Source of the DNA: Promethearchaeota archaeon
Lineage (GTDB): Archaea; Asgardarchaeota; Lokiarchaeia; Sigyniarchaeales; SOKP01
Assembly (NCBI GenBank): GCA_016839745.1
Contig: JAEOTS010000147.1
Location: forward strand, 1 to 43,468
Direction of reading: 5' to 3'
DNA: 43,468 bases
Positions within the stretch are counted from its first letter, which is position 1; the number at the start of each line of letters is the position of its first letter. A program made the position numbers and the translations under genes. Shown in pieces: positions 9,941 to 19,598 of the stretch. The notes beneath the pieces are model-generated. The model was given only the letters and a program-made list of their open reading frames with translations. It did not search any database and had not been told where the DNA came from.

Positions 9941-10345
9941 TTGGATGATTCAATAATTATTAAAATCAAAAACCACTTATCTGACAGAATAGAAGAGATT
10001 AGAGATGGGACGTACATTCCATACTACGAGAGATTTAAAGACTTGCCGGAATTCAGAGGAATCGAACAAGAAACTTTTGAAATCGCCCGAAGAGAGTGGT
10101 ATAAAGAAAATCTTCCTGCGTCTTATGTTAAACCTTTGGTTTTTGTTAAAAAGCGTTTAAAGAGGTCACTTACTAATGGATTCTGTTTCTTATTTATAGG
10201 AGTGATACTCCTTGTACTTGGCTTGGTGTATGGGGGAGGGAGTAATTGGTCTGGTGGATCTGAGACCATATTAATATGGATCGGCATAATTATAATGGTT
10301 TTTGGAATTATAATCCTATTATACAATAGGTTCAGAAAGTCTTAA
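9941..10345 (+). CDS. Hypothetical membrane protein (two C-terminal TM helices)
   Basis: Charged N-terminus followed by two hydrophobic segments separated by GGGSNWSGGS. GAGG upstream of TTG. Confidence 0.7.
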   Translation: MDDSIIIKIKNHLSDRIEEIRDGTYIPYYERFKDLPEFRGIEQETFEIARREWYKENLPASYVKPLVFVKKRLKRSLTNGFCFLFIGVILLVLGLVYGGGSNWSGGSETILIWIGIIIMVFGIIILLYNRFRKS

Positions 10346-10567
10346 TGATGGATGATGTTTAGTGTAGGAATAATTTACAGTTAATTTAATTAATAGATTT
10401 TTGAATTAAAACTACTCGCTATTTTTTAGGAACTCTAGTTTTCACGGATTTCGAAAGATTTTATTTGCAAGTATTTGGGGGAGAAGAGATAATATTAATT
10501 TTTATTGTTTAATACACTCAGTATTATATATTAATATTTGATTTGCTATTTATCTTGGTGATAATTT

Positions 10568-12748
10568 TTGATTTTAGCTGAAAAAAGATATGAACTTCGC
10601 GATGTCCAGAAAGGATATACTAACAGAACGCTCTACATTAATCTCGCCAATAACAAGATTGAGATAAAACCCGTCACCGCCGGAATGAAAGAGAATTTTA
10701 TCGGAGGGAAAGGATTCGATCTTTGGCTCATGTGGAATGGACTCCCGCAAGATAAAATTGTTAAATGGAACGATTCTGAGAACGAAATTTGTATCTCTTC
10801 TGGACCGTTAGGTGGAAACATCTTTTATCCTGGTTCTGGAAAGTCAATAGTCACAACGGTTTCTCCCTTGACAGATATCATTATAGATTCTAATGTGGGC
10901 GGATATTTCGGTCCTTATTTGAAATTCTCGGGGTTTGACGCAATCGAAATTCAAGGAAAAGCTGAAAAAGAAGTAATTGTACATATAGATGGTGTCGAGG
11001 GACTTGTTCAAATCAAACAAGTTGAAGAATCTGAAGGCTTATCTAAATACTCTCACGAATTGACACAACAGCTTACCGAACATTACGCTCAAGACGATAG
11101 AGAAAAACAACGAATTTCGGTAGTAAGCACAGGTCCTGCTGCAAAACACACCAATTGGGGACTGTTAAACTTTTCGTGGTACGTCCCTGGTCGTAAATGG
11201 GCGTCAAGTAAGCAAGCGGGACGAGGGGGGGTTGGCACCGTTTTTGCTGATAAAAATGTCAAAGCATTAGTGTGTCGTTCTCCAAAGGTAACCGTTGGTT
11301 CAAACAATCCTGCTAATTTAGAACAAGCAAGAAAAATCGGCATCGCACACACTCAAGAAATAATTAAACTTGATCCTGTCCAGAACGAAATGCGAAGAGT
11401 GGGAACTGGACACCTTCCAGACATTATGAATGTTACAGATCTCCTACCAACAGAAAACTTTCGATTTGGAGCTCACAGAGAAATTCGAGGAAAAAACATC
11501 CCTTATAATAGGGAGATCATGAGAGAGATATACTCTGGGAAAGAAGGAGGGGATGGGTGTTGGATTGGTTGTACTGTTAGCTGTTCTCACTACTCAGAGG
11601 GATACGAAATTCGAACAGGTCCTTTTAAGGGTCAGAAATTAATTGTTGATGGCCCAGAATACGAAACTATAGCCGGTTGTGGCTCAAACTGGGGTGTTTG
11701 GGACCCAAAATGGGTTTTAGAAGTAAATTTCTATTGCGATACATATGGTATAGATACTATCTCAGTTGGCACTGGAATCGCGTTTGTAATGGAGTGTTTT
11801 GAAGCGGGTATTCTCAATAAGGAAAGAACCGGCGGATTAGAATTAAATTTCGGAAATGCCGAAGCTGCGGTTGAGCTGATTCATCAAATGGCTAAAGGTG
11901 AAGAATTTGGAATTATCGTAGGAAAAGGTATTAAATCCATGAAGAATTATTTTGTGGAAAAATTCGGAGCAGATCCAAAATTCGTTCAAGATATCGGTAT
12001 GGAACACAAAGGATTAGAATTTTCCGAGTACGTAACGAAAGAATCGTTAGCACAACAAGGTGGATATGGGTTAACAAACAAAGGACCGCAACACGACGAA
12101 GCATGGCTGATATTTGACGATGTCATTCGAAATTCGATTCCCACATTTAAAGATAAAGCTAAAGCATTACAATATTTTCCACTATGGAGAACTTGGTTCG
12201 GATTATGTGGTTTATGTAAGTTACCTTGGAATGATATCCAACCGGAAAGTCAAGCAGATTACCCCATCAAGGATCCAGACACAGGAGAGTTAGTTCGCGC
12301 CAAAATTCCTGATCACCAAAAATGGTATGCAGAATATTTCTCAGCAGTTACAGGACGAGAATCGACTATAGAAGATCTTCTTTTAATGTCAGAACGAGTT
12401 TATACTTTTCAAAGGATATTTAACATAAGATTAGGTAAAGGACTCCGAGAAAACGATTCGAATCTACCTTATAGGGCTGTTGGACCAGTTACTCCTCTCG
12501 AATATGAAAGTCGCGCTGAAAGGTATGACAATCAGTTAAAAGAGATGAATATTGATATAGGGGGAATGTCTACTGAAGAGAAGATTAAAATACTCCGTAA
12601 ACATCGAGAAGAGCAATACGAGAAGCTCCAAGATGCGGTTTACTCGGAACGAGGCTGGAATAAAAACGGTTGCCCCACGATTGCGACTGTAAAAAGGTTA
12701 GGAATAGATTTTCATAAAATAATAGCTATTATTGCTCCTTATCAATAA
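10568..12748 (+). CDS. aor: Tungsten/molybdopterin aldehyde:ferredoxin oxidoreductase family protein
   Basis: SPLT..SNVGGYFG, AGRGGVG, CWIGCTVSC Fe-S motif, GPEYET, DTYGIDTIS, GLCKLPW, RGW..GCPT. GGTGA RBS at 10557-10561. Confidence 0.92.
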   Translation: MILAEKRYELRDVQKGYTNRTLYINLANNKIEIKPVTAGMKENFIGGKGFDLWLMWNGLPQDKIVKWNDSENEICISSGPLGGNIFYPGSGKSIVTTVSPLTDIIIDSNVGGYFGPYLKFSGFDAIEIQGKAEKEVIVHIDGVEGLVQIKQVEESEGLSKYSHELTQQLTEHYAQDDREKQRISVVSTGPAAKHTNWGLLNFSWYVPGRKWASSKQAGRGGVGTVFADKNVKALVCRSPKVTVGSNNPANLEQARKIGIAHTQEIIKLDPVQNEMRRVGTGHLPDIMNVTDLLPTENFRFGAHREIRGKNIPYNREIMREIYSGKEGGDGCWIGCTVSCSHYSEGYEIRTGPFKGQKLIVDGPEYETIAGCGSNWGVWDPKWVLEVNFYCDTYGIDTISVGTGIAFVMECFEAGILNKERTGGLELNFGNAEAAVELIHQMAKGEEFGIIVGKGIKSMKNYFVEKFGADPKFVQDIGMEHKGLEFSEYVTKESLAQQGGYGLTNKGPQHDEAWLIFDDVIRNSIPTFKDKAKALQYFPLWRTWFGLCGLCKLPWNDIQPESQADYPIKDPDTGELVRAKIPDHQKWYAEYFSAVTGRESTIEDLLLMSERVYTFQRIFNIRLGKGLRENDSNLPYRAVGPVTPLEYESRAERYDNQLKEMNIDIGGMSTEEKIKILRKHREEQYEKLQDAVYSERGWNKNGCPTIATVKRLGIDFHKIIAIIAPYQ

Positions 12749-12772
12749 AAACGAATTATGCAAACCTGATTC

Positions 12773-14860
12773 TTGATGGAAAATATAACTAAACACCCCA
12801 TTCTGGAAATTCCCGACAAGAAAAAGATAGACTTCAAATTCGATGGGAAACTTCTGTACGGATTTGAGGGGATGGTTATATCGTCTGCTCTTTTTTTAAA
12901 TAAAATTAAGATATTTGGACATCATGTTAAAGATCACAGTCCGCAAGGATTGTTTTGCGCAAATGGTCAGTGTTCTCAATGTAACGTAATCGCGGATGGC
13001 GTTCCCGTGAAAGCGTGCATGACTCCCTTAACGAAAGGGATGACAATTGAGAGCTGTAATGGTTTGCCAGAATTACCTTCGGAAGATAGTCGTGTTGAAG
13101 TTAGAGATATAGAAATAATAAATACTGATGTTCTCGTAATAGGAGGAGGTCCTGCGGGACTTTCGGCTACGAAAATTTTGGGAGAAAATAATATTGAAGT
13201 TATCCTTGTAGACGATAAATCAAGATTAGGTGGAAAATTAGTACTTCAAACTCATAAATTCTTTGGTTCTCAAGAGGATGTATATGCGGGCACACGCGGT
13301 ATAGATATAGGAAATATACTTGGAGATATAGTATCCAATCTTGATTCAGTAAAGATTTGGGTCAACAGTATAGTTTTAGCCATATTCAGCGACGAATTAG
13401 TTGGGATTATAAAGGATATGGACGAATACGTTTTGATTAAACCTAAGTACTTACTAATTGCAACTGGAGCAAGAGAAAAGATGCTAGTTTTTCCCGGAAA
13501 CACGCTTCCTGGGGTGTATGGTGCTGGTGCGTTTCAAACTTTAGTAAATCGAGATTTGATAAAAGCAGCGGAAAATGTGTTCATTGTTGGAGGGGGTAAT
13601 GTCGGATTAATAGCGGGATATCATGCAATTCAAGCAGGAATAAAAGTCGTGGGCTTGGTTGAAGCTTTACCCAAATGTGGAGGATATAAAGTCCACGAAG
13701 ACAAATTAAAAAGGTTAGGCGTTCCTATCTATACGAATCATACAGTTATATCTGCAAATGGTCAAGATAAACTTGAATCCGTGACTATTGGAAAGTTGAC
13801 AGATAGTTGGGATATTGAACCTGGTTCCGAAAAGACATTTGCTTGCGATACATTATTAATTGCAGTTGGATTAGATCCTGTCGATGAGTTTTATTATAAA
13901 GCACAGCAATTTAACATGAAAGTATGGATAGCGGGTGACGCTCAAGAAATAGCGGAGGCTTCTGCTGCAATTTTTACCGGTAAAATTGAAGCGCTAAAAA
14001 TTTTAAAAGAAATGGGAATTTCAATTGCCGAAAATCTTGAAGAGTTAGAAGATTTTGCGAATTTAATGAAAGCGAAACCTCCTGACCCTATTCAAACAGA
14101 AGTGGTAGATAAAGAAGAAGGTATCTTTCCACTATTTCATTGTAATCAAGAAATACCGTGCAACCCTTGTACGAGTGTGTGTCCTCAACAGCAAATCAAG
14201 ACGGTTGACGATTTGATTACTCAATTACCGTATTTTACCGACGACCAAGATTGTATTGGTTGTGGAAAATGCGTAGCAGTGTGTCCGGGATTAGCTATCA
14301 CTTTAGTTGATTATAGAAAAGATAATAAATCTCCAATAGTTACTTTCCCTTTAGAATTGACTTCTGAAAAGATTGAAGTCGGTCGAAAAGTCATGGTTGT
14401 TGGTAACGATGGGGAATTGGGTGAATTTGAAGTTACGAGAGCACGATTTCTCAAAGAATTTCCAAAAACCCAATTAGTCTCAGTTAGATTACCTTCGGAA
14501 ATCGCAAAGTTTGCTGTTGGGATTAAACTTATAAAATCAATTTATACCGAACCTATGGATCTCTATCAGCAATCATACACAGATGACGATATTATCGTAT
14601 GTAGATGCGAGAGAGTTTCGGTAGGAGAGGTACGAAAGTGGATTCGTTATGGAGTGCGTGATTTTAACGAATTAAAAGCATTAACTAAGGCTGGAATGGG
14701 AGCTTGTGGGGGGAAAACCTGCACCTCGCTGATTAATAGAATCTTCCGAGAGGAAGGGATAAAACAAGAAAACATTACTTCAGGCACGAAACGACCATTA
14801 TTTGTAGAAGTTCCAATGGGCGCATTCGCGGGAATAAAATCAAAGAAAGGGAGTAAATAA
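12773..14860 (+). CDS. Fused Fe-S/FAD electron-transfer subunit of a proline dehydrogenase / sarcosine oxidase / HcnAB-like complex
   Basis: N-terminal 2Fe-2S (CANGQCSQC...C), FAD/NAD Rossmann motifs GGGPAG and GGGNVG, ferredoxin motifs CNPCTSVCP and CIGCGKCVAVCP, C-terminal BFD-like CRCE...GMGACGGKTC. Confidence 0.85.
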   Translation: MMENITKHPILEIPDKKKIDFKFDGKLLYGFEGMVISSALFLNKIKIFGHHVKDHSPQGLFCANGQCSQCNVIADGVPVKACMTPLTKGMTIESCNGLPELPSEDSRVEVRDIEIINTDVLVIGGGPAGLSATKILGENNIEVILVDDKSRLGGKLVLQTHKFFGSQEDVYAGTRGIDIGNILGDIVSNLDSVKIWVNSIVLAIFSDELVGIIKDMDEYVLIKPKYLLIATGAREKMLVFPGNTLPGVYGAGAFQTLVNRDLIKAAENVFIVGGGNVGLIAGYHAIQAGIKVVGLVEALPKCGGYKVHEDKLKRLGVPIYTNHTVISANGQDKLESVTIGKLTDSWDIEPGSEKTFACDTLLIAVGLDPVDEFYYKAQQFNMKVWIAGDAQEIAEASAAIFTGKIEALKILKEMGISIAENLEELEDFANLMKAKPPDPIQTEVVDKEEGIFPLFHCNQEIPCNPCTSVCPQQQIKTVDDLITQLPYFTDDQDCIGCGKCVAVCPGLAITLVDYRKDNKSPIVTFPLELTSEKIEVGRKVMVVGNDGELGEFEVTRARFLKEFPKTQLVSVRLPSEIAKFAVGIKLIKSIYTEPMDLYQQSYTDDDIIVCRCERVSVGEVRKWIRYGVRDFNELKALTKAGMGACGGKTCTSLINRIFREEGIKQENITSGTKRPLFVEVPMGAFAGIKSKKGSK

Positions 14861-14862
14861 TC

Positions 14863-16029
14863 TTGGTGGAATACGACGTTATTATCATAGGAGCTGGAAG
14901 TGTAGGCGTCCCAACTGCTTTAGCGACAGCCAAAAGCGGACTTAAAACGCTTGTACTTGATGAATTACCTTCTGTTGCTCAAGGCGATAATAAACATGCA
15001 ATTGGAGGAATTAGAGCGACTCACTCCCTTAAAAGCAAGATATGGTTATGTCAAAGATCAATAGAAATATTTGCTTCTTGGAAAGAATTGTTTGGGGACG
15101 ATATATGGTGGGAACAAGGTGGTTATTGTTTTCTTGCGTTTACTAACGAACACGAACAAATGTTGAAAGCTACAGTTCGAGAGCAAAAAGAATTCGGGTT
15201 AAACATAAACTATGTAGATGCTGAAAAAATCAGAGGTTTAGTACCTGGAATAAACAATGAGAATTTAAGAGGTGGTACATTTAGTCCTGAAGATGGAAAT
15301 TCGTCTCCTTTATTAGCTCTTCATGCTTTTTATCGTAAATCAAAAGAATACGGAGCAGAATATACTTTTAATGAAACTGTTACTGAAATCAAAACGCAGA
15401 GAAAAAGAATAATTGGTGTAAAAACAAACAAAACTGAATATAAAGCTCAAACAATTGTTAATTCAGCGGGAGCTCACGCAAAAAACATAGGTGACATGCT
15501 AAATATTGATTTACCCGTCATTCCAGAAAGTCATGAGGCAGGGATCACTGAGCCCGTTAAAAAAAAATTTTCTACGATGGTGGTCGATATAAAACCTGCT
15601 ACAGATAAGAAGTTTGGAAATTCAAAAAATTACTATTTCTATCAGAATAAAGAGGGTAAAATTATTTTTTGCCTCACGCCAGACCCTAATATTCCCGGAC
15701 TAGATCGTTTAGAAACTAGTGTATTCTTACCACAAATCGCAAAACGTATGGTTAATTTACTCCCACGATTAAAAAATATTAAAATAAGAAGAACCTGGAG
15801 GGGATTGTATCCTATGACTCCTGATGGAAACCCTATAATTGGTAAGGTTGATGATATTGAAGGATATATTAATGCTGTAGGCATGTGTGGACAGGGTTTT
15901 ATGATTGGTCCTGGACTTGGCGAACTTCTTAGCCGCTTAATCACAGAAAAGCTTAGCTCAAAAGATTATCAAATGCTAGAAGAACTTGGTTACAGCCGCG
16001 ATTATTATAAAATAGAAGATTTGAAGTAA
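14863..16029 (+). CDS. FAD-dependent amino-acid dehydrogenase catalytic subunit (DAO family, proline dehydrogenase beta / sarcosine oxidase beta-like)
   Basis: IIGAGSVG, WRGLYPMTPDGNPIIG, GMCGQGFMIGPG. Starts 2 nt after the preceding gene. Confidence 0.85.
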   Translation: MVEYDVIIIGAGSVGVPTALATAKSGLKTLVLDELPSVAQGDNKHAIGGIRATHSLKSKIWLCQRSIEIFASWKELFGDDIWWEQGGYCFLAFTNEHEQMLKATVREQKEFGLNINYVDAEKIRGLVPGINNENLRGGTFSPEDGNSSPLLALHAFYRKSKEYGAEYTFNETVTEIKTQRKRIIGVKTNKTEYKAQTIVNSAGAHAKNIGDMLNIDLPVIPESHEAGITEPVKKKFSTMVVDIKPATDKKFGNSKNYYFYQNKEGKIIFCLTPDPNIPGLDRLETSVFLPQIAKRMVNLLPRLKNIKIRRTWRGLYPMTPDGNPIIGKVDDIEGYINAVGMCGQGFMIGPGLGELLSRLITEKLSSKDYQMLEELGYSRDYYKIEDLK

Positions 16030-16082
16030 AAAATATAAAGTATAATCTGATATATTCATTAAAACGATAAATTGATGTTAAA

Positions 16083-17015
16083 ATGGTACGCCATTTATTA
16101 AAAATTTCTGATTTTACAAAGGCTGAAATTGAGAAGATTATAGATAAAGCAATAGAGATAAAAAATAATCCCCAAGATTTTGAGTCTGCTTTGAGAGGAG
16201 AAACGCTTTTAATGATTTTTGAAAAGCCTTCTCTGAGAACAAGAATCTCTTTTGAAGTAGGTATGCAACAACTAGGAGGTCATGCGATATTCTATTCGAT
16301 AAAGGATTCTCCACTTGGGAGGAAGGAAAATATACACGATACTGCTAAGGCTGCATCTAAATATATTAATTTAATGGCTGCGAGATTGTTTAAAAGACAT
16401 GATATGTGGGATTTAGCTAAATATGCAGATGTTCCTGTAATTAATATGCTTGACGATTTCGCACATCCTTGCCAAATAATGGGAGATTTCTTAACTATAA
16501 AAGAGAAAAAAGGAAGACTGAATAATCTTAAAATTAGTTATTTCGGAGATGCTTATAACAATGTAACTTACGATTTAATGCGGATTGCTGCGATTTTTGG
16601 TTTAGAATTAGATGTTGCCTGTCCTGTTGGATCAGAATACACACCTGAACAAGGAGTCCTTGATGAAGTCTCTAAAATCTCAAAAGAAACTGGGGCATAC
16701 ATAAATATTATCCATGATGCCTATAATGCTGCGAGAGATTCTGATATAGTTTATACCGACTCCTGGATGTCGTATGGCATTCCAGTTGAAAAGGAGGAGG
16801 AACGACGGATAATTTTCACACCGTTCCAAGTTAACTCACAGATAATGGAAACTGCAAAATCAGACGCAATTTTTATGAACTGTTTACCAGCCAAACGAGG
16901 TTATGAACAAACTGCTGAAGTTATAGATGGACCTCAATCCTTTGTTTTCGATCAGGCAGAAAATAGATTACACAGTCAAAAAGCAATTATGCTCTTTTTA
17001 CGAGATAAATTTTAA
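16083..17015 (+). CDS. arcB: Ornithine carbamoyltransferase (probably catabolic)
   Basis: KPSLRT, HPCQ, YTDSWMSYG, FMNCLP, QAENRLH. Followed by carbamate kinase. Confidence 0.93.
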   Translation: MVRHLLKISDFTKAEIEKIIDKAIEIKNNPQDFESALRGETLLMIFEKPSLRTRISFEVGMQQLGGHAIFYSIKDSPLGRKENIHDTAKAASKYINLMAARLFKRHDMWDLAKYADVPVINMLDDFAHPCQIMGDFLTIKEKKGRLNNLKISYFGDAYNNVTYDLMRIAAIFGLELDVACPVGSEYTPEQGVLDEVSKISKETGAYINIIHDAYNAARDSDIVYTDSWMSYGIPVEKEEERRIIFTPFQVNSQIMETAKSDAIFMNCLPAKRGYEQTAEVIDGPQSFVFDQAENRLHSQKAIMLFLRDKF

Positions 17016-17138
17016 AAATTTTCCTTTTCATATCATTATTGATATTGTACCACATTAAAGAGAAAAGCTTTAAATAAAAAGTAAAATATTATTATTTTTC
17101 ATTTGCTTTAATATTGTTTGTTGTAAAGGTTCTCTTGA

Positions 17139-18053
17139 ATGAAAACATTAATCGTTGCGCTTGGAGGAAATGCCCTCATTAAACCGGGGGAAAGAGGAAC
17201 CCCGGAACAAATGATTAATAACTTACAAGCCCCCATAAAGCAAATTGCTGAATTATCTGAAGATTATAATGTCGTTATTACTCACGGGAATGGTCCTCAA
17301 GTAGGAGCACTTCTCTTACAACAAGAAGCAACTGATGAGATTACGAGAATGCCTTTACAAATTTTAGTAGCTGAAACTCAAGGACAAATTGGCTTCTTAA
17401 TTGAATCTACGCTCGACGAAGAACTCATGCGTCTTGGTACAGATATGAAAAAATATTTTCTCACTGTACTAACCTATGTAGAAGTTAATCCAAATGATAG
17501 AGCATTTATACGACCTACCAAACCAATTGGACCTTCATACAAAAGAAAGCGCCCTGGTTATGTGAAAACATCAAAAGGATGGAGACATGTAGTTCCCTCA
17601 CCAAAACCTTTAAGAATTGTCCAATCGCGAGAAATTAAAAAGTTAATGCAAGAAAATTTTATCGTTATATCTTGTGGAGGTGGTGGCGTTCCCGTTATTA
17701 AAGACGGTAAGCGCTTTCAAGGTGTTGAAGCTGTTATAGATAAAGATTTGGCAAGTGCAAAATTGGGGGAACAGATTAATGCAGAAATCCTTATAATTGC
17801 CACTGATGTCGAAAAAGTAGCATTAAATTACGGTAGAGTAGATTATAAATACCTAGATAAAGTTTCAACTGCAGACGCTAAAGATTATCTAAGGCAAGGA
17901 CATTTTCCTCCGGGAAGTATGGGTCCTAAAATACAAGCAGTAATTAATTTTCTAGAAGCTGGTGGCGAACAAGCAATTATAACTTCAATTGAAAAAATTA
18001 AAGAGGCGTTAGAAGGAAAGGCTGGCACTCATTTCTTCATAGAAGAAAGTTAA
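17139..18053 (+). CDS. arcC: Carbamate kinase
   Basis: ALGGNAL, THGNGPQVG, PTKPIGP, VVPSPKP, GVEAVIDKD, GSMGPK. Confidence 0.96.
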   Translation: MKTLIVALGGNALIKPGERGTPEQMINNLQAPIKQIAELSEDYNVVITHGNGPQVGALLLQQEATDEITRMPLQILVAETQGQIGFLIESTLDEELMRLGTDMKKYFLTVLTYVEVNPNDRAFIRPTKPIGPSYKRKRPGYVKTSKGWRHVVPSPKPLRIVQSREIKKLMQENFIVISCGGGGVPVIKDGKRFQGVEAVIDKDLASAKLGEQINAEILIIATDVEKVALNYGRVDYKYLDKVSTADAKDYLRQGHFPPGSMGPKIQAVINFLEAGGEQAIITSIEKIKEALEGKAGTHFFIEES

Positions 18054-18076
18054 ATCTAATAAAAAATGAACATAAA

Positions 18077-19336
18077 TTATGCTACTAGAACGTCTTCTAT
18101 TACCTTTAAAGCCCAATCTATTTGATCCTTAGTTATAATTAGAGGTGGAGCGAACCGAATGGTTGTAGAGTGTGTGTGTTTAGCCAGTACGCCCTTATCT
18201 TTAAACATCTGGACTATATGTCTTGAGTCTGAATAGAACTCAATCGCCATTAATAAACCCTTGCCTCTAACATCTTTTATGGGAATAATTGTATTCTTTT
18301 TGGCGATGTTTTTGAGTCCTTCTAGAAAGTAAGTTCCAAATTCTTTAGAGCGTTGGGCAAGATGATCGTCAAGATGGACCTCTAACGATTTTAGAGCCAC
18401 GGCTGAAGCTAAAGGATTTCCACCAAATGTGCTTCCATGCGTTCCTGGTTTAATAACGTCAGGGCCAATAATATCCTTAGTGGTTACTACTGCGGAAACG
18501 GGGTAAACACCACCACCAAGAGCTTTTCCAAGTAAGATCACATCAGGTTTTACACTTTCATGGTCACAAGCAAATAATTCTCCAGTTCTTCCGAAACCCG
18601 TTTGAATTTCGTCTGCAACCATCAAAACTTCGTATTTAGTACAGATTTCTCTTACTTTTTTAATAAATCCTTCAGGTGGTATCTTAACACCCGCTTCTCC
18701 TTGAACCGGTTCAAATAGGAACGCAGCTACTTTCTCAGGACCTATTTCTAATATTATATTTTCCAATTCTTCAGCATCCCCGTAAGGAATGGTAACAAAT
18801 CCCGGAGTGTAAGGTCCAAAATTACCGTAATATCTGACAGCTTCAATATCCGTACTAAAACCCACAATTGTGATTGATCTTCCATGAAAATTATCCCGGC
18901 AGATAATAATTTTAGCTTCGTTTTTAGGAATCTTCTTTTTTATATATCCCCATGCTCTAGCGACTTTCAAACCAGAAGAGACGGCTTCAGTCCCAGTGTT
19001 CATGGGAAGTGCCATAATACCTGTATTTTTTGGGTCGTTAATGTGTGGGCCTACAACTTCGCATAGCCTTTTTAAAAAAGGACCCATCATATCGTTATAG
19101 AAAGCTCGAGAGGTTAAAGTAACTTTATCAGCTTGCTCTTTTAAAGCCTTTATGATTTCTGGATGACAATGTCCAGTATTCTGAGAAGAGTAGGCAGATA
19201 AGCAATCCAAATACTTCTTTCCTTCTGGATCGTAAACCCATACTCCTTCTGCTTTAGAAATAACCACCTCTATTGGGTGATAGTTGTGAGCGCAGTATAT
19301 ATCATCCATTTCCATATAATCTTTTGAACTTGGCAT
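18077..19336 (-). CDS. rocD: Ornithine--oxo-acid aminotransferase
   Basis: HNYHP, DCLSAYS...GHCHP, PMNTGTEA, EPVQGEAG, DEIQTGFGRTG, LGKALGGG, HGSTFGGNPL. Confidence 0.93.
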   Translation of the reverse strand: MPSSKDYMEMDDIYCAHNYHPIEVVISKAEGVWVYDPEGKKYLDCLSAYSSQNTGHCHPEIIKALKEQADKVTLTSRAFYNDMMGPFLKRLCEVVGPHINDPKNTGIMALPMNTGTEAVSSGLKVARAWGYIKKKIPKNEAKIIICRDNFHGRSITIVGFSTDIEAVRYYGNFGPYTPGFVTIPYGDAEELENIILEIGPEKVAAFLFEPVQGEAGVKIPPEGFIKKVREICTKYEVLMVADEIQTGFGRTGELFACDHESVKPDVILLGKALGGGVYPVSAVVTTKDIIGPDVIKPGTHGSTFGGNPLASAVALKSLEVHLDDHLAQRSKEFGTYFLEGLKNIAKKNTIIPIKDVRGKGLLMAIEFYSDSRHIVQMFKDKGVLAKHTHSTTIRFAPPLIITKDQIDWALKVIEDVLVA

Positions 19337-19473
19337 ATGAATTCATACTTTTTTCATATAATATTTAGAATATTTAATATAATGAAAATTATCATTAAAA
19401 GTATTAATATTTTTTAGGTTTGGGAAGATCGTGGGATTCTAAAAATAATTCTCTCTTTGAAGCCACTTTTAAC

Positions 19474-19555
19474 ACAAAAATTTATATATAATTCTGTTAA
19501 AAAATTCTTGTACAAAAATTTATATATGATTCTGTTAAAAAATTCTTGTACAAAA
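19474..19555. repeat. 38-bp tandem duplication containing a BRE/TATA element
   Basis: ACAAAAATTTATATATRATTCTGTTAAAAAATTCTTGT at 19474-19511 and 19512-19549 (one mismatch), plus partial ACAAAA. Confidence 0.92.
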
Positions 19556-19598
19556 TTTTCTAAAAAACAAGAAATTCACAAAAAAAAAGTTGAAAATA

